Positions 16,316 through 25,426 of a stretch of 64,000 nucleotides of DNA are shown one piece after another. The position numbers were made by a program, and so were the translations under genes. The stretch comes from an uncultured Mageeibacillus sp. (GTDB taxonomy: Bacteria > Bacillota > Clostridia > Saccharofermentanales > DTU023), in NCBI GenBank assembly GCA_964486135.1, contig CAZAKT010000005.1, positions 2,789 to 66,788 on the forward strand, in the 5' to 3' direction. Numbering within the stretch: the first letter of the stretch is position 1; each line of letters opens with the position of its first letter. The notes under the pieces are model-generated. The model made no database searches, was not told the origin of the DNA, and worked only from the letters and a program-made list of their open reading frames with translations.

Positions 16316-18235
16316 CTATTTGCCGGCTATCGTATCGTGACTTAAGGCGCCCATCAACTGGTCAATGTTCTTGCCTCTCAGAGATTGCCAGGATGCCTTG
16401 GTCTTGGCAAAATAGTCCTCTATCGTTGCCAGTTCAACACCGCGCCGGACCTTCATGGTTGTCGTCTTGACCATATCCTGCAGGCTGTAAAAATGGGAAC
16501 GTATTTCCTTGAAGGAAGGCAGGCCCCGGTTGATCTCCTCGATGAGGGTGGCCAGGGCCTTGGCCATTTCCTCTTCGGTTGGATCGCGTTGCAAATTGTC
16601 ACGCATCTTATCCGGGTCGATGACCACCTTTGCTGTGATAATTACATCGCCTCCAGTCCCGGGATGGCCGAAAACAAGGGCGTCGCGGACCAAATCGTGA
16701 CGATAGAGCAAGGCTTCGATCTCCTCAGGGAAGACCTTTTTCCCACTGCGCAGGACGATCATGGATTTGCGGCGACCGGTAATCACCAGACTCTTCCTTC
16801 GCGTAAATCTTCCCACGTCAGCCGTATGAAGCCAGCCCTCCTCATCGATCGCCTCGGCCGTCGCCTCGGGATCATCGAGATAGCCTTTCATGACGATATC
16901 GGAGCGGACCAGGATTTCACCTTCTCCCTTGCCACCGTTGTCAATGGCAACCTCGACACCCGCCAGCGGCTGGCCGACCGTGGCGAACTCATTTACCCGG
17001 GTATTCCCGCCACTGACCACCGGTGATGCCTCGGTCAAGCCATAACCCGCCAGGACTTCAATACCGATAGCACGGAAGAACTTCAGTGTAGCGAGTTCAA
17101 CAGGCGCGGCTCCGCAGATGATAAACTTCAGGTTGCCGCCCAGTTTCGCGAGCACATCTTTCATCAGCTTGCGGCGGATATCGATGCCCATCCGGTAGAG
17201 GAAGGTGGAGATGGCCATCCCCGTCTTGAGTTTCCTGGCCTGTCCCGACTTGGCGGCCTCACTCAAGACCCGCCGGTAGACGGCATCAAGGATGGCCGGA
17301 ACGACAACGGTCAGATGGACCTGGTGCTCCTCAAAATTCTTGCCTATGTAGCGCAGACCATCAAAAACATGGATGCTTCCTCCCATTGCCAGGACGGTCA
17401 GAAAGCCGCAGGTGTTCTCAAAGGCATGGTGGAGGGGAAGAATGGACAAGGTCTTCAGGGGGTCCGGGAAGGAGACGGAGCCCAGAAGGGCCCGAACGTC
17501 GGCCACCATGGACTGGTTGGTCAAAATAGCGGCCTTCGAATTGGCGCTGGTGCCTGAGGTGAAGAGGATGGCCGCATCTTCCTTGGGATCATCCGGTACA
17601 AGCAGGGCAGGTTCACCGACAGGATCCGGCAGATCGCCGAGGGCCTCGTCCAGGATGAAAAGCCGATCATTCTCAGCCATTTCCTCCTTCAGACTCTCCT
17701 TGAAATCCTCTGTCGCCAAGCCACGGTCCATGATGACGCGGTGGGTGAGTTTCGGCAACTTGTCCTGCATGGCCTCGATATGTTTGTGCCAGTCCACATC
17801 ATAAATAAACATGACTGACTCGCTTCGCTGAAGGATGGGCTCCAGCTCTTCCGGTTTCAAAAGGCGGTCAATCGGAACAATGACGCCAAAACCGGACGCT
17901 ACGGCCAACCAAGTCACCATCCACAGATAGCTGTTGTCACCGATCAGGGCGATCCGGCTGCCAGGGGGCAGCTGATCCGCCAGCCAGGTCTGCATCTTGG
18001 CCACATCCTGGGCGAGCTCTCGATAAGTACGGGACATGATCTCCGTGTCGCGGGGCCTGATCCGCCAACGGACGGCTTCACGATCGCCGAACTGATGGTA
18101 GCCACGCAAGATAATATCTGTCAACAGATTGATGGGGGGGATCTTGTACCAGGTCTTTCCTTTGACAATTTGCAGTTTACGGGTCTCTTTTTCCCTGCCG
18201 GTGTCGGACATCGGCTTCTCGAAATTATCTCTCAT
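16316..18235 (-). CDS. AMP-dependent synthetase/ligase (long-chain acyl-CoA synthetase-like)
   Basis: 639 aa; AMP-binding motifs ILFTSGTSANSKAA, GYGLTEASP, TADVGRF...GRRKSMI. Confidence 0.9.
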   Translation of the reverse strand: MRDNFEKPMSDTGREKETRKLQIVKGKTWYKIPPINLLTDIILRGYHQFGDREAVRWRIRPRDTEIMSRTYRELAQDVAKMQTWLADQLPPGSRIALIGDNSYLWMVTWLAVASGFGVIVPIDRLLKPEELEPILQRSESVMFIYDVDWHKHIEAMQDKLPKLTHRVIMDRGLATEDFKESLKEEMAENDRLFILDEALGDLPDPVGEPALLVPDDPKEDAAILFTSGTSANSKAAILTNQSMVADVRALLGSVSFPDPLKTLSILPLHHAFENTCGFLTVLAMGGSIHVFDGLRYIGKNFEEHQVHLTVVVPAILDAVYRRVLSEAAKSGQARKLKTGMAISTFLYRMGIDIRRKLMKDVLAKLGGNLKFIICGAAPVELATLKFFRAIGIEVLAGYGLTEASPVVSGGNTRVNEFATVGQPLAGVEVAIDNGGKGEGEILVRSDIVMKGYLDDPEATAEAIDEEGWLHTADVGRFTRRKSLVITGRRKSMIVLRSGKKVFPEEIEALLYRHDLVRDALVFGHPGTGGDVIITAKVVIDPDKMRDNLQRDPTEEEMAKALATLIEEINRGLPSFKEIRSHFYSLQDMVKTTTMKVRRGVELATIEDYFAKTKASWQSLRGKNIDQLMGALSHDTIAGK

Positions 18236-18272
18236 TAAATATTCTCCAGTTTATTTTGTAAAAATTTGTCTG

Positions 18273-18758
18273 TTATGGAAACAACAAGCCGTATAGCAGG
18301 ACATGCGATACGGTGATGGCGACGATCAGGAGGAGGGCGACCAGGCTGATAAGAAGAGCGCCTATGCCAAGCGCCCGCCCGTCACTTTCCCGGCGCCTCG
18401 ACAAGTGTATCCCGAAAGGCGACAGGATCAGGCCAAAGAGGGCAAGCAAGCCGCTGCCGGCCCCAAGGACGATTGTCGCGTAGTAGTAATAGTGAAGGAG
18501 TATTCTATTGGTCCCGTCATAAAGCAGGTAATTGTCAAAGGCTTCCTTGTAAAAAATCAGAAGGAGCAGGCTGAGCAAGGCTGACGTAAAGCCAAACCCG
18601 GTAATGCCAGGCACACCTCTCTTGATTTTTCCTTGTTTTGGCGGGGCTAGCGGGGCTGGCGCCGGCGCCACGACATAAGCTTCCTGGACCGGGCGGGGCT
18701 GTTCCGGCATCTCAACGGGCTTTTGCTCATTTTCGGCCGGGTAAGTCTGTTCGGACAT
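18273..18758 (-). CDS. Hypothetical membrane protein
   Basis: 161 aa; Pro/Glu-rich N-terminus followed by 4 predicted TM segments; no recognisable family. Confidence 0.55.
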   Translation of the reverse strand: MSEQTYPAENEQKPVEMPEQPRPVQEAYVVAPAPAPLAPPKQGKIKRGVPGITGFGFTSALLSLLLLIFYKEAFDNYLLYDGTNRILLHYYYYATIVLGAGSGLLALFGLILSPFGIHLSRRRESDGRALGIGALLISLVALLLIVAITVSHVLLYGLLFP

Positions 18759-18875
18759 GGAAGGCTCCTTTCCGCGATAGTCATCCTTTCAGGGGAATAA
18801 TCGCATTCCGTGTAGTTTACAGTATACTCGTGAACTAATAGCGTACAAGCCTTGAATCATTCAAGTCCATTCCTG

Positions 18876-19922
18876 TCACATTTGTGATGTCTGCCTACCT
18901 TCCTTTTCAGGAAATCCTTCAAATATTCTATCAAAAAGACAATTAAGCTGTTTTTGTCCTTCTGAAGCCAGTTGTTCATAGCGGAGCAAGAGATCACGAC
19001 CAAGTTCAGTAAGCTTGCTGCTCCCGCCCTCCTGACCGCCTGGCCTGCGGTCGATCACCTGGGCGCCCAGCTCTTCTTCGAGCAGGTTCAGTATCTGCCA
19101 GCCCTTGCTATAGGACAGCTTCATCCGGGCACAGGCCGTCCTTACCGAACCCGTCTCATCCACCAGGCGGAGGAGGGTGGCGGGACCCGGTCCAAAAAAG
19201 TGCGTTTCACGGGCCAGGCTGAGTTTAATGCGGGCGCGCAAGGGCAGATCCTCCTGCTGGCCGGCCACCTGGGGATATTCCGTATAGTCTTCAAGATTGC
19301 CGATACTGGAGAGCACACCCTGGTCCGGCAGGGGAATCCTGTCTACAGGCCCCGGCAAGAGGGCGATCAGATCGGCCAGTGACCGACCCTGCCCCCCCCC
19401 GGTCAGCTCTGGGAGGCTCTCCCGATGGAAGACGACAGGAAGGCCGTCCTGCCCCTCAAAAACGGGAAGGGCGACCGGTTGACCCGACATAAGGAGCCTT
19501 GACAGCGTCTCCTGGTCGACTGAAGGTATAAGCGGTGTCGCCAGCCAGATCCTGTCGCAAGCCTCACAGGTCCTCTCCACATAAGACAGTCCTTGCAGGG
19601 CGTCATCAAAAAAACTTGTTTCCTTCCAGCGCGGATTATTAAGGCAGACAACGCTCATCTTTGACAGGTGTCGTTCCAATCTCTCACTTTCAAAGCCGGT
19701 GATCACAACAATGGGCGCTGCCCCGGCATGCTGGAGTCGGATGATGACACGTTCGATAAAGGTAAGCTGGCCGGCCTTGATCAGGGCCGGCAGGATTTCC
19801 CCTGACTCCCCGCCCGGGCCGGTTACGGCATCGCCGGGCTCCAAGGGTCTTGACGCCACAATGACAGCCGCCCCGCGCACAGGCGAAGCCCCTCCCCCAG
19901 TCAGCTCTCTTTCAAGCTCCAT
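18876..19922 (-). CDS. MocA/MobA-like NTP-transferase-fold domain (motifs degenerate) fused to ModE-N-type winged-helix DNA-binding domain
   Basis: 348 aa. The N-terminal about 230 aa follows the MocA layout, but AAGxSxRMG is replaced by VIVASRPLEPG and GDxP by ATPLIP. C-terminus LLRLVDETGSVRTACARMKLSYSKGWQILNLLEEELGAQVIDRRPGGQEGGSSKLTELGRDLL parallels the E. coli ModE N-terminus (…ISYKSAWDAINEMN…ATGGKGGGGAVLT…). Confidence 0.75.
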   Translation of the reverse strand: MELERELTGGGASPVRGAAVIVASRPLEPGDAVTGPGGESGEILPALIKAGQLTFIERVIIRLQHAGAAPIVVITGFESERLERHLSKMSVVCLNNPRWKETSFFDDALQGLSYVERTCEACDRIWLATPLIPSVDQETLSRLLMSGQPVALPVFEGQDGLPVVFHRESLPELTGGGQGRSLADLIALLPGPVDRIPLPDQGVLSSIGNLEDYTEYPQVAGQQEDLPLRARIKLSLARETHFFGPGPATLLRLVDETGSVRTACARMKLSYSKGWQILNLLEEELGAQVIDRRPGGQEGGSSKLTELGRDLLLRYEQLASEGQKQLNCLFDRIFEGFPEKEGRQTSQM

Positions 19923-19960
19923 ACCGCTCCCGATTGGACCGCCGCCGCCTGGACAAGAGG

Positions 19961-22528
19961 CTACTTCTTCTTGCGGTAAAAGGTATCGTCCAAGGGTAGC
20001 CGGGTCCTTCTTTTACCGTCCAGTCTGTAGTAGGCGTGCGCGACAGAAGGCGCGATCGGGACGCAGGCGAGTTCACCGATGCCCCGCGCGCCGTAGGCCA
20101 GGTCAACATAGCCAGGGCCCTTGACAATGTGGGTCTCAATCTCCGGTACCCGGTTGGCCCGGAAAAGTCCGTAGCTTCCGAGTTTAAACTGGGGGATACC
20201 GCCCGGATTGACAAATTCCTCCGTCAGGGCGTAACCAAGTCCCATCACACAGCCCCCCTCGATCTGGCCCTCAACGGCAGTGAGGTTGACCGGTGTCCCC
20301 ACATCGTAGGCACCCACCATCTTCTCCAGGCGACCCTCTTCATCCAGGATGGTGACCTCACAACCATAGCTGTATCCGATATGGCTGACAGGATTCTCCT
20401 TGTCGGAACCCAGTGGATCAGTCGGAGGACCGAATTCGCCGAAAAATTCACGGCCCTCAAGTTTGCTGATATCGCCTCCCGCGGCCTCGAGCGCCTCCTT
20501 CAATTCCTCAGCAGCCTGCCGGGTCGCCTCACCAGTGAAAAGTGTCTGCCTTGACGCGGTGCTGGTCCCGGCATCCGGTGTACGATCCGTGTCCGGCATT
20601 TCAAAGACCGTATCAGTGACTTCACAGGCAAGGCTTTGGCAGACGATCGAGGTCACCATCTGGGCGACCCCCTGGCCTGAGCAGGCGGCCGAAGTCCGGA
20701 TATGGATCCTGCCCTTTTCAACGGAAAGGATACAGCGGCCAAAGTCAGGGACCCCGACACCGAGCCCGCTATTCTTGAAGCCGCAGGCAAGTCCTGCATA
20801 GGGGCTTGACTCATAGGCCGCCTTCACTGCCTCCAGGCATTCGGCAAGGCCGCAGCTTTGATCGACAATCTGGCCGTTGGGAAGGACATCCCCCGGTCTC
20901 ACGACGTTGAGATATCGGAATTCCCAGGGATCCATGCCACATTTCTCCGCCAGGAGATTGAGGTTGCTCTCCATGGCGTAACAGCTCTGGGTCACGCCGA
21001 AACCCCGGAAAGCGCCTGACACGACATTATTGGTATAGATGGCCTTGCCCGTAATGTCCACATTCTGGAAGTTGTAGGGTCCCCCCGCATGGGTACAGGC
21101 CCGCTGGGTAACGGGGCCGCCAAGCGAGGCGTAGGCACCGGTATCCGCTGTGATTTCAGCGATGAGGGCCGTAATCCGGCCTTCCGCGTCACAGGAGGTG
21201 GTCATCTTCATAGTCATGGGATGGCGCTTGGTGTGGACAATCGTACTTTCATAACGGGAGAGCTTCACCTTGACACGCCGGCCCGTCTTCCAGGCAAGCA
21301 GGGCGGCGTGGTGCTGGACGCTCATGTCCTCCCGGCCACCAAAAGCTCCCCCCACCAGGCCTGACCGGACGTGGATACGTTCAGGATCAAGACCCAGCAT
21401 ATTGGAAACCTCACGCTGCTCATCGTAGATGGACTGGGAGGCCGTGATGAGATGGACCCCCTCATCATCCGACGGCCAGGCGATGGCGCACTCCGTTTCC
21501 AGGAAGGCATGCTCTTCCCAGGAAACCTGGTAGGTTTCTGACACGACATGGGCCGCCTCGGCCACCGCCTTATGGGCGTCGCCACGAATCAAACGCTCAC
21601 TGGAAAGAATATTCCCTCCCTCATGGATCTTGGGTGCATCCTCTTTCATGGCCTCAAAGGGGTCGAGCACCGGCACAAGTTCCGTATAATCCACCTCGAT
21701 CAGGTCGAGCACCTCCTGCAGACTTTCCGCTTTCCCTGTCGCCACCAGGGCGACGGCGTCACCGATGTAGCGCGTGACCGAACCTTGGGGAATCATGACG
21801 TCCCAATCCTGAACCAGGTGGCCAATTGTGTTGTTGGGGACGTCCCCGGCAGTCAGGACCGCAATGCAGTCGGGGTGTTCCAGGGCCTTGGAAATATCAA
21901 TACGGTTGACGCGGGCGCGGGGATAGGGAGTGCGGAGGGCCCGGCCATGGACCAGGTCCTCGAACTGGTAGTCGTCGGGGAACTTACCCGTCCCCAGCAC
22001 CTTTTCCATAACGTCAATACGCTGGGAGCGGTCGCCGACCCTGACCTCGGGATCGAGGAGGGGCACGGGACGGTCTGTTCTGAAGTAGAGGGCGGCCTCC
22101 TCAATCGCGTCGATTATTTTCTTATAACCCGTACAACGGCAAAGGTTACCGGTAATGGCCTTGGCTATATCGTCACGCGTCGGCTCCGGATTCTTGTCGA
22201 GCAGGACCTTGGCTGCCATAACCATGCCCGGCGTGCAGTATCCGCACTGGACGGCGCCCGCCTCGGCGAAGCTGTGGACATAGACTTCCCTTTCCCGGGG
22301 CGACAGCCCCTCCACCGTGATGATATTTGAACCGTCAAAGCGGGAAGCCATCATAATACAGGATCTGACCAGCCTGCCGTCCACCACAACGGAACAGGTG
22401 CCGCAGGCACCCTCACTGCAGCCATCCTTGACGGATATCAGGCCAAGATCATCACGCAAGAAATCGATCAGCCTCTTGTCCTCAGCAAGACTGTATTGTT
22501 TTTGGTTGACCGTTAAAGTCCAGGACAT
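19961..22528 (-). CDS. Selenium-dependent-type molybdenum hydroxylase / xanthine dehydrogenase family protein (fused 2Fe-2S + molybdopterin-binding, XdhD-like)
   Basis: ATG 22528 chosen (AAGGAGGA 8 nt upstream); 855 aa. N-terminal CSEGACGTCSV and QCGYCTPGM...CRCTGY 2Fe-2S motifs, followed by an aldehyde oxidase/XDH Mo-binding domain. Sits in an ssnA/ygfK/hyuA neighbourhood. Confidence 0.85.
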   Translation of the reverse strand: MSWTLTVNQKQYSLAEDKRLIDFLRDDLGLISVKDGCSEGACGTCSVVVDGRLVRSCIMMASRFDGSNIITVEGLSPREREVYVHSFAEAGAVQCGYCTPGMVMAAKVLLDKNPEPTRDDIAKAITGNLCRCTGYKKIIDAIEEAALYFRTDRPVPLLDPEVRVGDRSQRIDVMEKVLGTGKFPDDYQFEDLVHGRALRTPYPRARVNRIDISKALEHPDCIAVLTAGDVPNNTIGHLVQDWDVMIPQGSVTRYIGDAVALVATGKAESLQEVLDLIEVDYTELVPVLDPFEAMKEDAPKIHEGGNILSSERLIRGDAHKAVAEAAHVVSETYQVSWEEHAFLETECAIAWPSDDEGVHLITASQSIYDEQREVSNMLGLDPERIHVRSGLVGGAFGGREDMSVQHHAALLAWKTGRRVKVKLSRYESTIVHTKRHPMTMKMTTSCDAEGRITALIAEITADTGAYASLGGPVTQRACTHAGGPYNFQNVDITGKAIYTNNVVSGAFRGFGVTQSCYAMESNLNLLAEKCGMDPWEFRYLNVVRPGDVLPNGQIVDQSCGLAECLEAVKAAYESSPYAGLACGFKNSGLGVGVPDFGRCILSVEKGRIHIRTSAACSGQGVAQMVTSIVCQSLACEVTDTVFEMPDTDRTPDAGTSTASRQTLFTGEATRQAAEELKEALEAAGGDISKLEGREFFGEFGPPTDPLGSDKENPVSHIGYSYGCEVTILDEEGRLEKMVGAYDVGTPVNLTAVEGQIEGGCVMGLGYALTEEFVNPGGIPQFKLGSYGLFRANRVPEIETHIVKGPGYVDLAYGARGIGELACVPIAPSVAHAYYRLDGKRRTRLPLDDTFYRKKK

Positions 22529-22580
22529 GGTCATTTCCTCCTTATGATTCAGGCTGGGGGACATTCAGTTGAGAGCAGGA

Positions 22581-23984
22581 TCAGCGGATGTCCATATCGG
22601 GCAGCCGGCGCCTCAGGTATTGTCCGTCGGCTTCTTCAACCACAATAGTACCAGACGAGACCTTGTGGCGGCCTCTCAGGAAAACGTGCCGGATCTTCCC
22701 CTTCATGGGAAAGCCCTCATAGGGGGTATAGTCACAATTTTCATGGAGGAGTTCCGAAGACACCGTCCATTCAGGCTTGGGGTCCAGGACGACGATGTCG
22801 GCCTGGCTTCCGGTCTTCAGGATGCCCTTTTCCGGATACAGGCCGAAATATTTGGCGGCGTTGGTTGAGCTGATGACTGAAAACCGGTTGATATCCATCC
22901 GGCCCTGTGTAACCCCGTAGGTGTAGAGCAGCTGCAGGCGCAACTCGATGCCGGGCGCGCCGTTGGGTATTTTCGAAAAATCATCCCTGCCCATCTCCTT
23001 TTGTCCCTTGAAGTTGAAGGAACAATGATCCGTCCCCACGAATTGGATCTCCCCCGCCGCCAGGCCATGCCAGAGGGCCTCCTGGTCAAGTCTTGAACGC
23101 AGGGGCGGGCTCATAATATACTTGGCCGATTCAAAATCGTTGGTGGCCGGTCCCCCGTATCGGGAGGCGTCCAGCAGGAGGTACTGGGGACAGGTCTCGA
23201 CAACCACCTTGAGGCCGCGCTCCCTGCTCCTCTTGATGGCCGACAGGCCCTTGGCTGTCGAAAGGTGGACGATGTGGTGATTGGCATGAAGGATCTGGTT
23301 GACAGCGCCCAGCCGGACGATGGCTTCCTCCTCCAGTCCATCGGGCCGTGTGACCTGGTGGTAATAAGGAGTCAGATGGCCCAGGGCCCGCTCGCGCCTG
23401 ACCAGGACATCGATCAGGAGACCATTTTCGCAGTGAAAACCAATGGTGGCGCCCAGGCTTTCTGCCTCTTCCAGGGCATCAAAAATCTCATCCTCCTGGA
23501 CCATCATATTGTCCTTGTAGGCCATATACATCTTGAAGGAGCTGATCCCATCCTGGACCAGATCCTTCATCTCGGCCTTCAAGTCGCTGTTCCACTCCGT
23601 CAAAGCCATATGGAATCCGTAATCAATCGCGCATCTGCCTTCGGCCTTTTCGTGCCAGCGCTTCAAGCCTTCCGCCATACTTTCCCCATGGAATTGAGTG
23701 GCGAAATCAATTACGGTTGTCGTCCCTCCGGCCAGGGCCGCCCGTGTGCCGCTCGCGAAGTCGTCCGCGGTCACCGTGCCCATGGATTCGAGCTGGAGGT
23801 GGGTGTGGGTCTCAATCCCGCCAGGCAGGAGGTAGCAGCCCTCACAATCGATGACCCGCTCCTGGGGGAGGGGCGCAAGGTCTCCTATGGCCTCAATCCG
23901 CTCTCCCTTGATCCGGATGCTCCCTTTTATTGTCTCCTCAGGCAGGACGACAAAGCCAGCTGCCAGCAATACGGTACCTTCCAT
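22581..23984 (-). CDS. hyuA: D-hydantoinase / dihydropyrimidinase-family amidohydrolase (HyuA/YgeZ-like)
   Basis: 467 aa; GGIETHTHL metal-binding motif; cyclic amidohydrolase length and blocks (FKMYMAYKD, GTDHCSF). Confidence 0.85.
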   Translation of the reverse strand: MEGTVLLAAGFVVLPEETIKGSIRIKGERIEAIGDLAPLPQERVIDCEGCYLLPGGIETHTHLQLESMGTVTADDFASGTRAALAGGTTTVIDFATQFHGESMAEGLKRWHEKAEGRCAIDYGFHMALTEWNSDLKAEMKDLVQDGISSFKMYMAYKDNMMVQEDEIFDALEEAESLGATIGFHCENGLLIDVLVRRERALGHLTPYYHQVTRPDGLEEEAIVRLGAVNQILHANHHIVHLSTAKGLSAIKRSRERGLKVVVETCPQYLLLDASRYGGPATNDFESAKYIMSPPLRSRLDQEALWHGLAAGEIQFVGTDHCSFNFKGQKEMGRDDFSKIPNGAPGIELRLQLLYTYGVTQGRMDINRFSVISSTNAAKYFGLYPEKGILKTGSQADIVVLDPKPEWTVSSELLHENCDYTPYEGFPMKGKIRHVFLRGRHKVSSGTIVVEEADGQYLRRRLPDMDIR

Positions 23985-23996
23985 GCGATACCCCCT

Positions 23997-24027
23997 AAAA
24001 AGTGTGCCGGATTTGGAGATCCGGCAC
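23997..24027 (-). terminator. Intra-operon terminator-like hairpin between ssnA and hyuA-like gene
   Basis: Perfect 9-bp stem GTGCCGGAT/ATCCGGCAC (24004-24012 / 24019-24027), followed on the minus strand by ACTTTTTAGGGGG, 13 nt before the hyuA-like ATG. Confidence 0.5.
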
Positions 24028-24093
24028 GAAATCAGTCAAGTGCTCCCCCACGGCCGGGTCTGTGCCAGCCCTTGCCCGGGGAACACCTTACTC

Positions 24094-25416
24094 CTATAGA
24101 TTCGGCCAGATCGCGGCGGCCCGTTCCGCCGTACGCGCGAAGATCCTTTCTTCATCGACCGTAAGGATCTCCCGGTTCCGCATGACGGTCCGCCCATTGA
24201 TCACGACATCATTGGTCATCCGTCCATAGCCGCCAAAGAGGAGATGGCCCTTCCAGTTATCCCCGCCGAAGGGGGTAAAGGGATAGTAGTCGAGTGTGAT
24301 TACATCAGCGTAGGCGCCCGGCTTCAAGATCCCGAGCGGTCGTTTGAAGTGAATGGCCGCGATGGCCGGGTTGCCTTCATATTGCAGCTTCAGGGCCTCG
24401 CCGAAGCCCACTGTCGGGTCGGCCAGCCGGTGTGACTGCAAAATCTTGGATACCTTGACCGACTCAAACATATCGTGCGTGTAGGCGTCGGTACCGAGTC
24501 CAAGGCGGATGCCCCGCCTCAGCATGCCCAAGACGGGCGTTGCGCCCACGGCATTGCCCATGTTTGACATGGGGTTGTGGACGACTGAGGTGTCTGTCTC
24601 TGCCAGGATATCGAGTTCCCTGCCATTGACATTGACCGCATGGACCGCGATGGATTTGGGACCCAGCAGCCCCCAGCCAAGCAGGCGTTCCGTAACTCGC
24701 ATATCGTATTTTTGCAGGCTGTCATACTGATCCTCCCGGCCCTCGCCAAGATGGATGTGATAGCCGGCCTCTATGCCTTCCATGGCGGTCTTGACCTTTT
24801 CCATGGTCTCATCGGAGATGGTGAAGGAGGCATGCATTCCAAACATGCCCTTGATCAGGTCCTGGTCATCTGTGTTCATGGCCTTGATGAAGTCGACATT
24901 TTCCTTGATCTCCCGGCTGGCGATTTTTTCGCCGTCCCGGTCTGACAGTTCCATGGAGAAGGAACCGCGCATACCGATCGTTTTCGCCGCCTCGGCCAGG
25001 GTAAACAGTGACCCGGTCGCCGAGTGCGGGCTGGCGTGGTGGTCAAAGAGGGTGGTCACGCCATTGCGGATGCTGTCGATATAGGTTGTGTAGGCCGATA
25101 ATTCATTGTCCTCCTCTGTCAGACTGCGGTCGAGCGCCCACCAGAGATTCTCGAGGATCTCGGGAAAATTCCGGGTCGGCCTGGACACGCCCATGCCCCG
25201 CGCGTAGGAGCTGTAGATGTGTGTATGCGCATTGATCATGCCGGGCATGATCACGCGGCCTTCCGCGTCCAGAATCTCGTCCTGGGGATATTTTTCCTTT
25301 ATTTCCTCAAAGCTGCCTACGGCTTCGACCAGGTCTCCCTCTATCCGGATAGCACCATTCTCAAAATAAGGATTATCCGGATCATTTGTCACCAGTCTTC
25401 CCTTGCCAATAATCAT
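24094..25416 (-). CDS. ssnA: Putative aminohydrolase SsnA
   Basis: 440 aa; closely parallels E. coli SsnA blocks (MPGMINAHTH, LENLWWALDRSL, DHHASP, GTDAY). Confidence 0.85.
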   Translation of the reverse strand: MIIGKGRLVTNDPDNPYFENGAIRIEGDLVEAVGSFEEIKEKYPQDEILDAEGRVIMPGMINAHTHIYSSYARGMGVSRPTRNFPEILENLWWALDRSLTEEDNELSAYTTYIDSIRNGVTTLFDHHASPHSATGSLFTLAEAAKTIGMRGSFSMELSDRDGEKIASREIKENVDFIKAMNTDDQDLIKGMFGMHASFTISDETMEKVKTAMEGIEAGYHIHLGEGREDQYDSLQKYDMRVTERLLGWGLLGPKSIAVHAVNVNGRELDILAETDTSVVHNPMSNMGNAVGATPVLGMLRRGIRLGLGTDAYTHDMFESVKVSKILQSHRLADPTVGFGEALKLQYEGNPAIAAIHFKRPLGILKPGAYADVITLDYYPFTPFGGDNWKGHLLFGGYGRMTNDVVINGRTVMRNREILTVDEERIFARTAERAAAIWPNL

Positions 25417-25426
25417 ATTCTTCCTC

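Noticed and set aside
21548-24164. Plus-strand ORFs 21548..22330 and 23265..24164, and similar long antisense ORFs elsewhere (6523..7206, 39051..39743, 44086..44928, 51259..52098, 52612..53304, 58777..59568, 60390..61118, 62005..62724)
   Set aside because: All lie antisense to genes with clear homologues. None has a start-site signal. This is a GC-driven open-frame artefact.
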